Of a stretch of DNA of 64,000 nt, positions 29,259-38,995 are shown piece after piece (the stretch's first letter is position 1; each line of letters begins with the position of its first letter). Source of the DNA: Gemmatimonadales bacterium (GTDB lineage: Bacteria > Gemmatimonadota > Gemmatimonadetes > Gemmatimonadales > GWC2-71-9); NCBI GenBank assembly GCA_036558125.1, contig DATBGE010000108.1:30813-94812 (forward strand), given 5' to 3'. The notes under the pieces are model-generated. The model was not told where the DNA came from and did no database searches. It saw only the letters and a program-made list of their open reading frames with translations. Both the position numbers and the translations under genes were made by a program.

Positions 29259-30410
29259 ATGTCCGTAGCCGCGGCCCCTGCGCACGCGCTGCTGCGATAC
29301 CGGGAGGAGTTTCCGGTGTTCGGCCACGCGAAATACCTGAACAGCTGTTCGCTGGGCGCCCTCTCGAAGCGTTCCCGCCTGCGGGTCAACGAGTACCTCG
29401 ATCTCTGGGAACAGCGGGGCGCTTCGGCGTGGTACGATCAGTGGCTGCCGGCGCTCGAGGTGCTCCGCGGCGAATACGCCTGGGTGGTGGGCGCCAGGGC
29501 GGAGGATATTTCGCTTCATCCCTCCGTGTCGTCGGTGCTCGGCGTCGTGGCCGAATCGCTCGAATATCGTGACCGGCCCAAGGTGGTGGTGACGAGCCTC
29601 GACTTCCCCACGGTCGCATATCAGTGGCTCGCCAAGCGGCAGGAGGGGATCGAGGTCGTCGTGGTAGACAGTCCCGACGGCACTCACGTCCCCCTCGAGC
29701 TGATCGAGCGAGCCGTCGATGATCGCACTGCCCTGGTGGCGACGAGCCATGTCTTCTTCACCAGCGGCGCCATTCAGGACATCGCCGCGGTCGCGGAGAT
29801 CGCCCACCGGCGGGGAGCGCTGGTCCTGATCGACGGTTATCAGGGAGCGGGCCAGCTGCCGGTTGATGTCCAAACGGCGAATGCCGATTTCTACTGTTCA
29901 GGCGGACTCAAATGGCTTCTGGGTGGTTCCGGCATCGCGTTCCTGTATGCGCGCCCTGAACTCACGAGCCGCCTGACCCCGCGGGTGACCGGGTGGTTTG
30001 CCCACGGCGATCCGTTCCGGTTCGATGTCCGGCAGTTCGAGCGCCGCCCCGGCGCCAGAGGCTTTGACATCGGGACTCCGAGCGTGGCCGCGGTCTATGC
30101 CCAGCTTGGGGGACTGGAAGTGCTGAGGGAGATCGGCCTGCCCGCGATTCGCGAAGTGACGCAGTCCTTGACCGAAGACCTGATCAACGAAGCGCGGAGT
30201 CGAGGCTTCCCGCTCCGGGTCGCGGCCCGTGCGGAGGAGCGGAGTGGGATCGTGATGTTTCCGCGCAGGACAGCCCAGGAAGACGTGCGTCGGCTCGCGT
30301 CTCAGGGATTCATCGTGGATTCGCGGCCCGGTCATGTCAGGGTCTCGCCCTACTTCTACAACACGCCCGAAGATCACCGGGCTCTGCTCGAGTGCCTGCC
30401 CCGTGAGTAA
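29259..30410 (+). CDS. aminotransferase class V-fold PLP-dependent enzyme
   Basis: Fold-type I layout with SGGLKWLLGG (PLP Lys). ATG at 29259. Confidence 0.8.
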   Translation: MSVAAAPAHALLRYREEFPVFGHAKYLNSCSLGALSKRSRLRVNEYLDLWEQRGASAWYDQWLPALEVLRGEYAWVVGARAEDISLHPSVSSVLGVVAESLEYRDRPKVVVTSLDFPTVAYQWLAKRQEGIEVVVVDSPDGTHVPLELIERAVDDRTALVATSHVFFTSGAIQDIAAVAEIAHRRGALVLIDGYQGAGQLPVDVQTANADFYCSGGLKWLLGGSGIAFLYARPELTSRLTPRVTGWFAHGDPFRFDVRQFERRPGARGFDIGTPSVAAVYAQLGGLEVLREIGLPAIREVTQSLTEDLINEARSRGFPLRVAARAEERSGIVMFPRRTAQEDVRRLASQGFIVDSRPGHVRVSPYFYNTPEDHRALLECLPRE

Positions 30411-30429
30411 ACCGCTCGATCCCCGCCTG

Positions 30430-31155
30430 ATGCACCGCGATCGACCCCGAGGACCTACCGCCGACGAGGAAATCCTCGAGAGCGCGCAGCTCCAGGAACG
30501 GCCCGACGCGCTCCGGAAGACCGATCCCTGGCGCGTGCTGCGGATCATGGGAGAGTTCGTCGAGGGCTTCGAAAAACTGGGCGACGTTCAAGACGCCGTG
30601 GCGATCTTCGGATCGGCCCGCACATCGCCGAGCGATCCCCACTATGCGGCCGCAGTGGAAACTGCCCGGCTCCTGGCCGAGGCCGGGTTCCCGATTATCA
30701 CCGGCGGCGGGCCGGGAATCATGGAGGCCGCGAACAAGGGAGCGGTCGAGGGAGATGGGCTTTCGATCGGCTGCAACATCGAGCTGCCCCACGAGCAGGG
30801 TACCAACCAGTACGTCCGTCGCAGCATGTACTTCCGCTTCTTCTTCGTGCGGAAGATGATGTTTGCGAAGTACTCCATGGCCTTTCTGGTCTTCCCGGGG
30901 GGATTTGGCACCCTCGATGAGTTATTCGAGGCCCTGACGCTGATCCAGACCGGAAAGGTCAGCAGCTTTCCGGTCGTGCTGTTCGGCTCGGCCTATTGGG
31001 AAGGTTTGATAGCGTGGCTCCGCTCTCCCATGACCGTGCAGGGCAAGATCGATCAGAACGACCTCGCCCTGCTTCATGTGACCGATGATCCGCGCGAAGT
31101 GGTCCGCATCATCGCCGCGGCGAAGGCAAACGGTACGACCAATCGTGTGGGATAA
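30430..31155 (+). CDS. LOG family / TIGR00730 Rossmann-fold nucleotide-binding protein
   Basis: GGGPGIMEAANKGA and PGGFGTLDELFE motifs. The start could instead be the GTG at 30403. Confidence 0.85.
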   Translation: MHRDRPRGPTADEEILESAQLQERPDALRKTDPWRVLRIMGEFVEGFEKLGDVQDAVAIFGSARTSPSDPHYAAAVETARLLAEAGFPIITGGGPGIMEAANKGAVEGDGLSIGCNIELPHEQGTNQYVRRSMYFRFFFVRKMMFAKYSMAFLVFPGGFGTLDELFEALTLIQTGKVSSFPVVLFGSAYWEGLIAWLRSPMTVQGKIDQNDLALLHVTDDPREVVRIIAAAKANGTTNRVG

Positions 31156-31158
31156 GCG

Positions 31159-32286
31159 ATGACCCGACCCAGCGCCCAGTACCTGCGTGGCCGCCGGATC
31201 AATCCGACCGGAATCACGGGCCATGAATCCGTGGCCGACCTTATCGATAACGCGTTCTTCGCTTACAACGCGGGCCGGCTCCGCGAAGGCTGTCTCCTGT
31301 TCATCCAGCGCATGCTGGAGCCTGAGGTGACGGTGGCGATGAGCCTTACCGGTGCCATGACCCCGGCAGGGCTCGGGATGAGCAGCCTCATCCCGCTGAT
31401 GGAGGCCGGCTTCGTGGACTGGATCATCTCCACGGGCGCCAATCTCTATCACGATGCGCATTTCGCGCTGGGTCTCGCGATGCATCAAGGGACCCCCCAC
31501 GCCGATGATGTGGAGCTCCGCGACAAAGGCGTCGTGCGGATCTACGACATCTTCTTCGACTACTCGGTGCTTCTCTCCACTGACGCCTTCGTGCGTGAAG
31601 TCTCGGCCCGGCCGGAGTTCCAGCGCTCCCTGAGCACGGCGGAGTATCACTACCTCCTGGGCGGGTACCTCCGGGAGAGGGAGAAAGCGCTTGGCCTGCA
31701 GCGACGGTCGGTGCTTTCGACGGCCTACGCGCTGGAGGTGCCGATCTATACCAGCTCGCCGGGGGACAGCTCGATCGGAATGAATGTCGCGGAGCAAGCC
31801 CTGGCCGGCAGCCAGCTTCGTTTCGACGTGAGCGCCGATGTGAACGAAACGGCAGCGATCGTCCTCCACGCGAAGCGCACCGGCGGCAAGAGCGGAGCGC
31901 TGATTGTGGGCGGCGGGAGTCCCAAGAATTTCCTACTTCAGACCGAGCCACAGATTCAGGAAGTACTCGGGATCGATGAGAAGGGGCACGACTTCTTCCT
32001 GCAACTGACCGATGCGCGGCCCGATACCGGAGGACTATCCGGTGCCACTCCGGCCGAGGCGGTGAGTTGGGGAAAAATCGATCCGACGATGCTGCCGGGG
32101 ACTGTCGTCTGCTATCTCGACAACTCGGTCGCGCTACCGCTCCTCACCAGCTACGCTCTCGCCCGGCACGAGCCCCGTCCTCCGAAGCGGCTGTACGCGA
32201 AGCGAGAGGAGATGATGGATCGGCTCACCCGCGAGTACCAGGCCGCCCTCCAGTTCCGGGACCAGCGGGCCGAGGAAGCTAAGTGA
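31159..32286 (+). CDS. deoxyhypusine synthase family protein
   Basis: GGGSPKNF and EAVSWGKI (catalytic Lys context) motifs. Confidence 0.85.
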   Translation: MTRPSAQYLRGRRINPTGITGHESVADLIDNAFFAYNAGRLREGCLLFIQRMLEPEVTVAMSLTGAMTPAGLGMSSLIPLMEAGFVDWIISTGANLYHDAHFALGLAMHQGTPHADDVELRDKGVVRIYDIFFDYSVLLSTDAFVREVSARPEFQRSLSTAEYHYLLGGYLREREKALGLQRRSVLSTAYALEVPIYTSSPGDSSIGMNVAEQALAGSQLRFDVSADVNETAAIVLHAKRTGGKSGALIVGGGSPKNFLLQTEPQIQEVLGIDEKGHDFFLQLTDARPDTGGLSGATPAEAVSWGKIDPTMLPGTVVCYLDNSVALPLLTSYALARHEPRPPKRLYAKREEMMDRLTREYQAALQFRDQRAEEAK

Positions 32287-32645
32287 CTCCGGCGTCGGTC
32301 CCCATGGCGATGGGAATACCGCGGGACGAATCGGCGGATCATGGAACCTCGCGAGTGCTGATTGGGACTGGGGTGGAATACGGGTCCCGCCCTGGGAAGA
32401 GTCACCGGGATCAGCCAGACCAACCTCCAAGGTTGGTGCCAGTCAGGGTGGCAGGTACCTGGAGCCGTCGGGCGGGGCCGCCAAGTCCGAATGGCATAAC
32501 TGCAAGCTAATGCGGCACTTACAGTACCTTCTTTCAGCCAGCCGGGGATCGTGTAGGTGGCTGGCTTGAGGCACATTGGCACGCTTCACCGATTTGAGGT
32601 CCGGGATGGCGATGGGGGGCACAAGTCCTGCACCTTTACGGGACT

Positions 32646-34244
32646 ATGTCCCAAGACGCAGCGGACTTTGCCTTTCTCTTCCCGATCCTTCACAGCCGCA
32701 ACCGGGTCCCGGACCTGGAGGCGCTGCGGACCTGGTATGAGGCCGTCTCCGATGCGCTCCAGTTCGAACTCCCGCACGATCTCTTCGCTCTGTGGGTCTA
32801 CTCACCGAGCGGAGAGCCGTCGCTCATCGCACCGGAGGAGCTCGCTGCGGACGATTTGAAAGTTCCGCATCCCGATCCATTTCTCGATCCACACGAGCTG
32901 GCCCGGATCGAAGACCGGGTGCAGTCTGCCCGCTATGGCTCGGTGGTTTGTCGCCCGATTCGCCATGGCCCTAATGACGTCGGACTCATGTTGATCGCTG
33001 GCTTCAGGCCCGATCTCTACGGGATGCGGGAAGTCGCGGTAGTCGAATCGGCCGCGGAGGCCATGGCGCCGATGCTGGCGCGCTACTCCCGGGCGGGTCA
33101 CCCTTCCGAGCCAGTCGAAGATGCGGTTGCGTCCGATGCTTCGAGTGACGCTGAGGTCCAAGCTACCAAGCTTCCCGCGGCGACGGTTTCCCTGAGCGCG
33201 GAGGAGCAGGAGGCCCATGAGCTCAACGCACTCTACAGCGCCCTCGCGGAAGCCACCACGGGCGCCGGCACGCCTAGAGATTTCATGCTCGGGGTCTCCT
33301 TCGCGATCCAGCACGTGCTCCCACATGACGGCATCGAGCTGATCATCGGGCACTCGCCGGAGGACCAGCACTACCGGCTTGGCCTTCACGGTCACGGACC
33401 GCTTTGGGCCGATCCCAGCCTGGTTCTCTCACCTGAAGCGTTTGATCCGAATCGTCTGTTCGGCGGTGTCAGCCAGGTTCTGGTCCGCGATGGGGCATCG
33501 GATGCCCGGGGCCCGATGCCGCAGTTGGCGCATGTGCTCGGGGGTGAGGAAAGGGCCCGGTCGCTGATCGGGGTGCAGCTGCGAGTCGTGGAACGGCCGG
33601 CCGGTTATCTGCTTCTCGGTAGCGCGGGGCCGGGACTTTACGAGGAGAGCGACCTGATGTTGCTCGACACGATCGGAGCGCTGATCGCGCCCCGGGTCGA
33701 TGTCTTCGTGATGGACTGGCAGCACCAGGTGCTGCGGGGCCAGTTCGACATGCTCCGTCACATCCCCATGCATCTGAGCCGCATCGCCGAGGAGCTGGCG
33801 ACGACACCGCTGCTCGGCGAAGCCACGAGGCGGTTCGTGAAATCCGCTTCGGAACTCCTGCCGATCAACGCGATCGAGTTCGCGGTGAGGCTATCCAACG
33901 AGGGCCGGGTGGCTGTGGTCAAGCCGGGCCAGGCAACTCCGCTGGCGGACCTTCCGCAGGAACCGATCGAGGGGACCGGCGTCGCGCGGGTAGTGCGAGG
34001 AGAGATTCCCTACCTGGTGAGCTCGCAGGAGTCCCCACCACTGTCGGTACTGGTGGTGCCGCTTCGGGTAGGCGGAACGATCATCGGCGCCATGGCGATG
34101 ACCTCTCCGGGGACGACTTTCGGCCGCACCGATCTCGCGGTCGCTCAGCAGCTTGCCGACCTGGTGGCGCCCCACTTCGAGGTCGCGCGCCGCGTGGCGA
34201 GCACTCCGCTATTCGTCCCCGGGTGGAAGCGGTCGACGTTCTGA
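32646..34244 (+). CDS. hypothetical protein (possibly tandem GAF-like domains)
   Basis: Long ORF with coding-like composition. No catalytic motif recognised. Confidence 0.6.
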   Translation: MSQDAADFAFLFPILHSRNRVPDLEALRTWYEAVSDALQFELPHDLFALWVYSPSGEPSLIAPEELAADDLKVPHPDPFLDPHELARIEDRVQSARYGSVVCRPIRHGPNDVGLMLIAGFRPDLYGMREVAVVESAAEAMAPMLARYSRAGHPSEPVEDAVASDASSDAEVQATKLPAATVSLSAEEQEAHELNALYSALAEATTGAGTPRDFMLGVSFAIQHVLPHDGIELIIGHSPEDQHYRLGLHGHGPLWADPSLVLSPEAFDPNRLFGGVSQVLVRDGASDARGPMPQLAHVLGGEERARSLIGVQLRVVERPAGYLLLGSAGPGLYEESDLMLLDTIGALIAPRVDVFVMDWQHQVLRGQFDMLRHIPMHLSRIAEELATTPLLGEATRRFVKSASELLPINAIEFAVRLSNEGRVAVVKPGQATPLADLPQEPIEGTGVARVVRGEIPYLVSSQESPPLSVLVVPLRVGGTIIGAMAMTSPGTTFGRTDLAVAQQLADLVAPHFEVARRVASTPLFVPGWKRSTF

Positions 34245-35198
34245 TTGAAACTGTGGTTGCTTCCCAGGAGGCTTCCCGGGTGTAGGTTGCCTTGTGTGTT
34301 TCACTCTCTCCTCGTCGCTCTTGCCCTCGTAGCCGCGCCCACGACTGTCGCGCAGGACACGACCGCCGGACCTCTCGACTGGTCGGCCGAAGATTCCACC
34401 CGAGTCAGGTTCGTCACGGCGCACGGTACGGCCCAGCGACATCACCAACTGGTGATTTGGGCTCCGACCGACTCGGTGGATGCGGGGTGGCTCGCCGCCT
34501 TCGGCGACACTCTGGACAAGGGTCTCCGCGATTTGCGGGCTCTGGTGGGTGGGCCGTATTCCTGGCAGCGGATCGGCAACCGCCCGGTGGTGTTCTTCTT
34601 CAGTCCAGGGCGCTTCGTTTCCCACGCGACGGGACGGGATACCGTCTTCATTTCCCTCAACCGGATCCGTCGAGGAGAGGCGCCATTCCTTCACGAAGCG
34701 TCGCACGAGCTGTTGACTCCCCGAGGACCGTTTTTCGCCGACGAGTACCCGGACGGCGGAGAACAGGAACGACGAGCTGCGCAGTTCCCTCAATGGCTCA
34801 GCGAAGGCCTTCCAGACTATCTCGCCCAGTCAGTGGCGAAGGCGACCGGATTCCCCGAGGGCGACGTGTTCGAGGTCGGGGGACTGGACAAAGTCGACAG
34901 CAGCTGTGCCGTCCGCCTCGCGAACAGCGCGCGGCGCGACGAGATTCTGACCAAGATCGGGGGCCAGGGGCGACTCGGTGCCTTATTTACCGAGGATCGT
35001 GAAGTCGTGGCCCCCACGTACTACGCCTGCAGCCAGTCGTTCACCAAGTACCTGGTGGATCGTATCGGGGTGAAAGCCGTCCTAGGACTGTTTCCCGAGA
35101 TTCCGGCCGGGACGTGGAACGGGAAGGTGGAACAGCTTGCTGGCGAGCCAATCGCTGCACTTCGGCGGAAGTGGATGGACCAGCTTGGTATTCGATGA
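34245..35198 (+). CDS. hypothetical secreted protein with HExxH motif (putative zinc metallopeptidase)
   Basis: Signal peptide (SLLVALALVAAPTTVAQD) and FLHEASHELL. TTG start is uncertain. Confidence 0.55.
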   Translation: MKLWLLPRRLPGCRLPCVFHSLLVALALVAAPTTVAQDTTAGPLDWSAEDSTRVRFVTAHGTAQRHHQLVIWAPTDSVDAGWLAAFGDTLDKGLRDLRALVGGPYSWQRIGNRPVVFFFSPGRFVSHATGRDTVFISLNRIRRGEAPFLHEASHELLTPRGPFFADEYPDGGEQERRAAQFPQWLSEGLPDYLAQSVAKATGFPEGDVFEVGGLDKVDSSCAVRLANSARRDEILTKIGGQGRLGALFTEDREVVAPTYYACSQSFTKYLVDRIGVKAVLGLFPEIPAGTWNGKVEQLAGEPIAALRRKWMDQLGIR

Positions 35199-35208
35199 GA
35201 GGCCTCTG

Positions 35209-35676
35209 ATGCCATCGCGTATCGCACTGAGTCTCGTCGGGCTCACCCTGGCTTGTTCAGCAGGGCGGCCGAACCCTTCGGACCCCAAGGTCCGTCAGGA
35301 GGTCGTCGCCGCGATGGACCACTACACCGCTCTGATCAAGTTGGTAGCCTCGGATTCAATCGCCGCGATGTACACCGAAGACGGTGAGCTGCTCGAAGCG
35401 GGAATGGCTCCGCTCGTCGGGCCCAAAGCGATCAGGGAGTTTCTGGCCCAATTCGATGGCAAGGTGGTGGTTGATTCGGCATCCACGGCCAGCGATGATG
35501 TCGAGGTGTTCGGAACCACGGCCTATCAGTGGGGTTCGTTCTCCCAGGTTGCGAGGGTGCAGGACCAGCCACCGGCCAAGTTTGGAGGCCGGTACGTCGC
35601 ACGCTGGCGCCGGACACCAGAAGGGCAGTGGAAGCTCACTCGGCTGCTGATGCAGCCGGCGCCGTCTGCTCAGTAA
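35209..35676 (+). CDS. SnoaL-like/DUF4440 (NTF2 superfamily) lipoprotein
   Basis: ATG at 35209 gives the lipobox LTLACSAG. NTF2-like cone pattern ending in GQWKLTRLLMQP. Confidence 0.6.
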   Translation: MPSRIALSLVGLTLACSAGRPNPSDPKVRQEVVAAMDHYTALIKLVASDSIAAMYTEDGELLEAGMAPLVGPKAIREFLAQFDGKVVVDSASTASDDVEVFGTTAYQWGSFSQVARVQDQPPAKFGGRYVARWRRTPEGQWKLTRLLMQPAPSAQ

Positions 35677-35685
35677 CTCCTCTGA

Positions 35686-37542
35686 ATGGCCACCGCGGCT
35701 CGACGAGAAGTGGTGATCGGCTCCATGATCAATGGACGGGGAAGACTGACCCGGGTGGTTTCTCCCGCGCTCGCGGCGCTCCGGATGTACCGAGGGACCG
35801 CGCTGTTACTGGCGGCGACCGGAGTCGTGATCCTCATCGCGCTGCTTCCGGTGACCTCGCTCTGGATTCCTGGCGCCAACAGTACGCGGCTCTCCTTCTC
35901 CAGCGTGCGAGGAGCCGATCTCGGCCTGCCATGGAATCCGGATGCCCGGCCACCGGTCGCGGGACAATTGGCCGCTCTCACCCAGTTGTTCCGGCTTCTC
36001 ATGGGGACCGCTGCAGCTGCGGTTGCCGCGGCCGCGCTCACCATGCTGACGCTCTCCGCCGCACGCGCTTCGGAGCGGGCGCCGGAACTTGCAGTCAGGC
36101 GCTCGGTGGGCGCCTCGCGCCGAGGCGTGCTTGCCTCTGCCTTCCTCGAGGCTGGATTGGTGGCCGCGGCCGTGCTCGTCCTTGGTGGCGCCGCTGGTGG
36201 CGTTGCGGCCAGGCTTGCTGCCCGGGGATGGCCTGGTCTACTGAGTCCCGGCGGGCCGACGATGATTCCGCTCAGTCTTTCGCTCGTCTGCGCTGCGTTG
36301 GTGCTTGCCGGAATTCTTCCTCTGGTGTTTGCCCGTCGCACCCGTCTTACCCAAGTAGAAGCACAACCGCTACCCCTGCTGGTGCCGGCGATCCAACTGG
36401 GAATCAGTCTTACCGTGCTCACCGCCGGCGTGCTGGTGGCCAGACACGCGAGCAGCATGCTGAATTCGGCGGCTCTCGAGCGTCGTGACGGGGAGGTGTA
36501 CCAGGTTGCCGTACCGAGTGCATCACCGAGTGAGCAAGCGTCGCATTTCGAAGCCTTGCTTCAGAAACTCTCGAGCGACTCCCAGCATGCCGTGATCAGC
36601 CTCAGCAGCCCGGGAACCATCGCCGGTCTGGGCACCGTGGCGGGAATCACAACCGACTGCGGGCTTTGCTCGTTTGGCGGCCTCATGGTGCCGTGGCACC
36701 AGGTACTGGCGACTCACGAAATGGTGAGCGCCGATACCTTCCGCGCCCTCGGCGTCAAGATGGTTGCCGGTCGGAGCATTGGTTCCGAAGACCGCTGGGA
36801 CGCACCACGGGTCGCCGTCGTCAATCGGGCCCTCGCGGCGCGCCACTTTCAGCACGGCGAGGCGATCGGACGGCAGTTGATGGTGGGCCTCAAGCGATCG
36901 GAATGGTACACAGTGGTGGGCATCGTGGATGATCCACCGCCGGCGGGTTTTGGAGCGGCGCTGCAACCTGAATACACCGTCTACTTAAGCGTTCTGCAGC
37001 ACCCGGTTCCCCAGATTGACCTGCTCGTTCGTGACTCGGTGAACCCGGGTGGCGCCGGCGCCGTCGCTTCAGTGATTCAGGACGAACTGGGAGTTCCATC
37101 CGGCAGTATCGCGAGCCAGAAGGAGTCGGAGTTGCTCGCCGCCGAGGCCCGACCGCTCCGCTGGTTCGGCCGATGGTTCGGGGTAGAGGGATGGATCGCG
37201 CTCATAATCGCATTGACCGGCACCTATGCCTTGATGCGGCTCTGGGTGCGCTCGCTGCACGGCGAGTTGGGATTGCGCCGGGCAGTCGGCGCTCGACGCC
37301 GGAGCGTGATTGGCTACGTGGTTGTGCGGGCGGTACTGGTCAGCCTGGTTGGAGCCGGGACTGGGATGTGGTTCGGTCCAACCCTCTGGAACATGCTCTC
37401 GGGTCTGCTGCCTGGACTGCCGGTGTGGGACTGGAAGCTTGTCCTGCAATTCACGGCACTGCTCACCGTGGCGACAGTGGTCGGCGCATTGGAGCCGGCG
37501 CTGCGAGTCATCACAGCGAAACCCTCGGAGCTGCTGGCCTGA
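35686..37542 (+). CDS. FtsX/MacB-type ABC transporter permease, orphan (no adjacent ATPase)
   Basis: N-terminal TM, a large periplasmic domain, and a C-terminal FtsX 3-TM bundle. A second partial FtsX-like block lies in the N-terminal half. Confidence 0.75.
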   Translation: MATAARREVVIGSMINGRGRLTRVVSPALAALRMYRGTALLLAATGVVILIALLPVTSLWIPGANSTRLSFSSVRGADLGLPWNPDARPPVAGQLAALTQLFRLLMGTAAAAVAAAALTMLTLSAARASERAPELAVRRSVGASRRGVLASAFLEAGLVAAAVLVLGGAAGGVAARLAARGWPGLLSPGGPTMIPLSLSLVCAALVLAGILPLVFARRTRLTQVEAQPLPLLVPAIQLGISLTVLTAGVLVARHASSMLNSAALERRDGEVYQVAVPSASPSEQASHFEALLQKLSSDSQHAVISLSSPGTIAGLGTVAGITTDCGLCSFGGLMVPWHQVLATHEMVSADTFRALGVKMVAGRSIGSEDRWDAPRVAVVNRALAARHFQHGEAIGRQLMVGLKRSEWYTVVGIVDDPPPAGFGAALQPEYTVYLSVLQHPVPQIDLLVRDSVNPGGAGAVASVIQDELGVPSGSIASQKESELLAAEARPLRWFGRWFGVEGWIALIIALTGTYALMRLWVRSLHGELGLRRAVGARRRSVIGYVVVRAVLVSLVGAGTGMWFGPTLWNMLSGLLPGLPVWDWKLVLQFTALLTVATVVGALEPALRVITAKPSELLA

Positions 37543-37550
37543 CTCGTCGG

Positions 37551-38141
37551 CTAGGGAACCTGCTCACTGTTCAAGGCCAGGAGCCGCGCGCCCGCCTCGC
37601 CGATTTCGAGAGTAGAGACTCGTAGCCGATCGGCTGGGAACTCGAACGCTTTGTCGAGTGGAACCTCGAGCACATGGCAGAGGATTGCTCTGATGCTTCC
37701 CGCGTGGGCGACGACCACGACTTCTTCGGCCGGGTTGGTGAGGCACCGAGCGTACCAGTCACGGACCCGATCTGAAAGAACGCTGAACGACTCACCGCCG
37801 GGGACTCTTTCGGTTACCCAGCTTTCCATCCAGCGCTTGAGGCGCGCGTCGTCCCCGCGCTCGAGCGCATTCCAGAAGCGCCCATCCCATTCTCCGAAGT
37901 TCATTTCTCGAAGCCGGGCATCGATCGTCGGCGTAACGCCCCAACGTCGGCCGAGCGGATCGGCCGTCTCCCGAGCGCGACGGAGATCGCTGGACCAGAT
38001 ACACCCAGGAGCTCTCGGCCACGCCGCGACAAGTCGGCCGACGTGCTCGATGCCTTCGGGAGACAATGGAGCGTCGGTATGGCCCATCGCTCGCCCGTCG
38101 GCGTCGAGGGCGGGGCCGTGCCGCACCAGGTGAAGCTTCAA
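37551..38141 (-). CDS. histidine phosphatase family protein (PGAM/CobC-like)
   Basis: LVRHG catalytic RHG motif at the N-terminus and a downstream VVAHAG. Confidence 0.8.
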   Translation of the reverse strand: MKLHLVRHGPALDADGRAMGHTDAPLSPEGIEHVGRLVAAWPRAPGCIWSSDLRRARETADPLGRRWGVTPTIDARLREMNFGEWDGRFWNALERGDDARLKRWMESWVTERVPGGESFSVLSDRVRDWYARCLTNPAEEVVVVAHAGSIRAILCHVLEVPLDKAFEFPADRLRVSTLEIGEAGARLLALNSEQVP

Positions 38142-38995
38142 GCCGTGCTTTCGGTGGCGCTGCGCTGGCCCACGCCGGGATGTACCGGATTAGAGCCGCC
38201 CGACTCGCGAGCCCAGCGGAAGAAGATCACCCCGAAGGCAAACCAGAGTGGAAGGTCGCCGATGATCTTCATGGTGAGTCCCGCGATTTGCTGATCGGAA
38301 TGGGCGGGGAGGTCCATCGCGCGGGGTGCCAGTTCGTACACGCCGTAGAGCGGGTAATCGGCGAAGGTGAGGAAAGCCGCCGGGAGAATCGGCGGCAGGG
38401 TGGCTGCGAAGAGATATCCCATCTTCAAAGGGCGGGTAAGGCGGCCGATCGGCGGGGGCGCCATGATTGCCCACCAGAGCACGATTCCACCGAGGAACCA
38501 TGCCAGGTCGATGGCGAAGGCGCCGAGCTGCGAACCCATCAGTCCGTCTACCACATCCGGAATGTGAGTGCCGATCAGGATCGCGTTGAAAACCGCGAGA
38601 GCGATGAGTGGTCGGGCCAGAATCCGTAAGACCGGCCCCACGCGCGGCGACCGGGAGCCGCTGAGCATGGCCTCACTCGGAATGCCGGCCAGGAGCAGAG
38701 GCGGGGCGATGAGGCTCAGGAGGATGTAGCTGACGGTGTGGAAGCTGACCAGGTAGCCGGTCCCCAACGGACCAATTGGCCAGTCGAGTGCGAGCCAGAC
38801 GGTGAGGAGGCCGGCCGCAAAGAAATAGGCGGCTCGGCGGCTCGGCGGCTCGGCGGCTCGGCTTCGCAGGTCGGGGCCTCGGCGGATAACCAGGAAATAC
38901 AGAACGGCAAGAAGCGCGACGAACAGCCACACGCCGGGATAGGCCTTCCAGGCCCAGGTCCATGGCTGCCCGGTTGCCGAGCACCACCAGGTCAT
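38138..38995 (-). CDS. ctaG: cytochrome c oxidase assembly protein (caa3 CtaG family)
   Basis: Polytopic membrane protein with the FHTVSYILLSLIAPPLLLAGIP and VLWWAIMAPPP patterns typical of this family. Confidence 0.7.
   Translation of the reverse strand: MTWWCSATGQPWTWAWKAYPGVWLFVALLAVLYFLVIRRGPDLRSRAAEPPSRRAAYFFAAGLLTVWLALDWPIGPLGTGYLVSFHTVSYILLSLIAPPLLLAGIPSEAMLSGSRSPRVGPVLRILARPLIALAVFNAILIGTHIPDVVDGLMGSQLGAFAIDLAWFLGGIVLWWAIMAPPPIGRLTRPLKMGYLFAATLPPILPAAFLTFADYPLYGVYELAPRAMDLPAHSDQQIAGLTMKIIGDLPLWFAFGVIFFRWARESGGSNPVHPGVGQRSATESTA
38828..38862. repeat. tandem octamer GGCGGCTC x4 (plus a partial unit) inside the ctaG-like CDS
   Basis: Read directly from sequence. Encodes SRAAEPPSRRAA in the first loop of the protein. 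Confidence 0.9.

Noticed and set aside
32283-32510. 75-aa ORF overlapping the deoxyhypusine-synthase-like stop (GTGA)
   Set aside because: The product is Pro/Arg/Gly-rich low complexity with only moderate third-position GC and no motif. It is kept only as part of the unassigned-spacer finding.
32380-32640. RNase P RNA-like snippets (GGTGCCAG...GGCAGGTACCTGG, GTAGGTGGCTGGCTTGAGGC, AAGTCCG)
   Set aside because: The elements are in the wrong order and the region is too short. The universally conserved GGAAAGTCCGGGC, GGTAAGGGTGAAA and ACAGAACCCGGCTTA blocks are missing.
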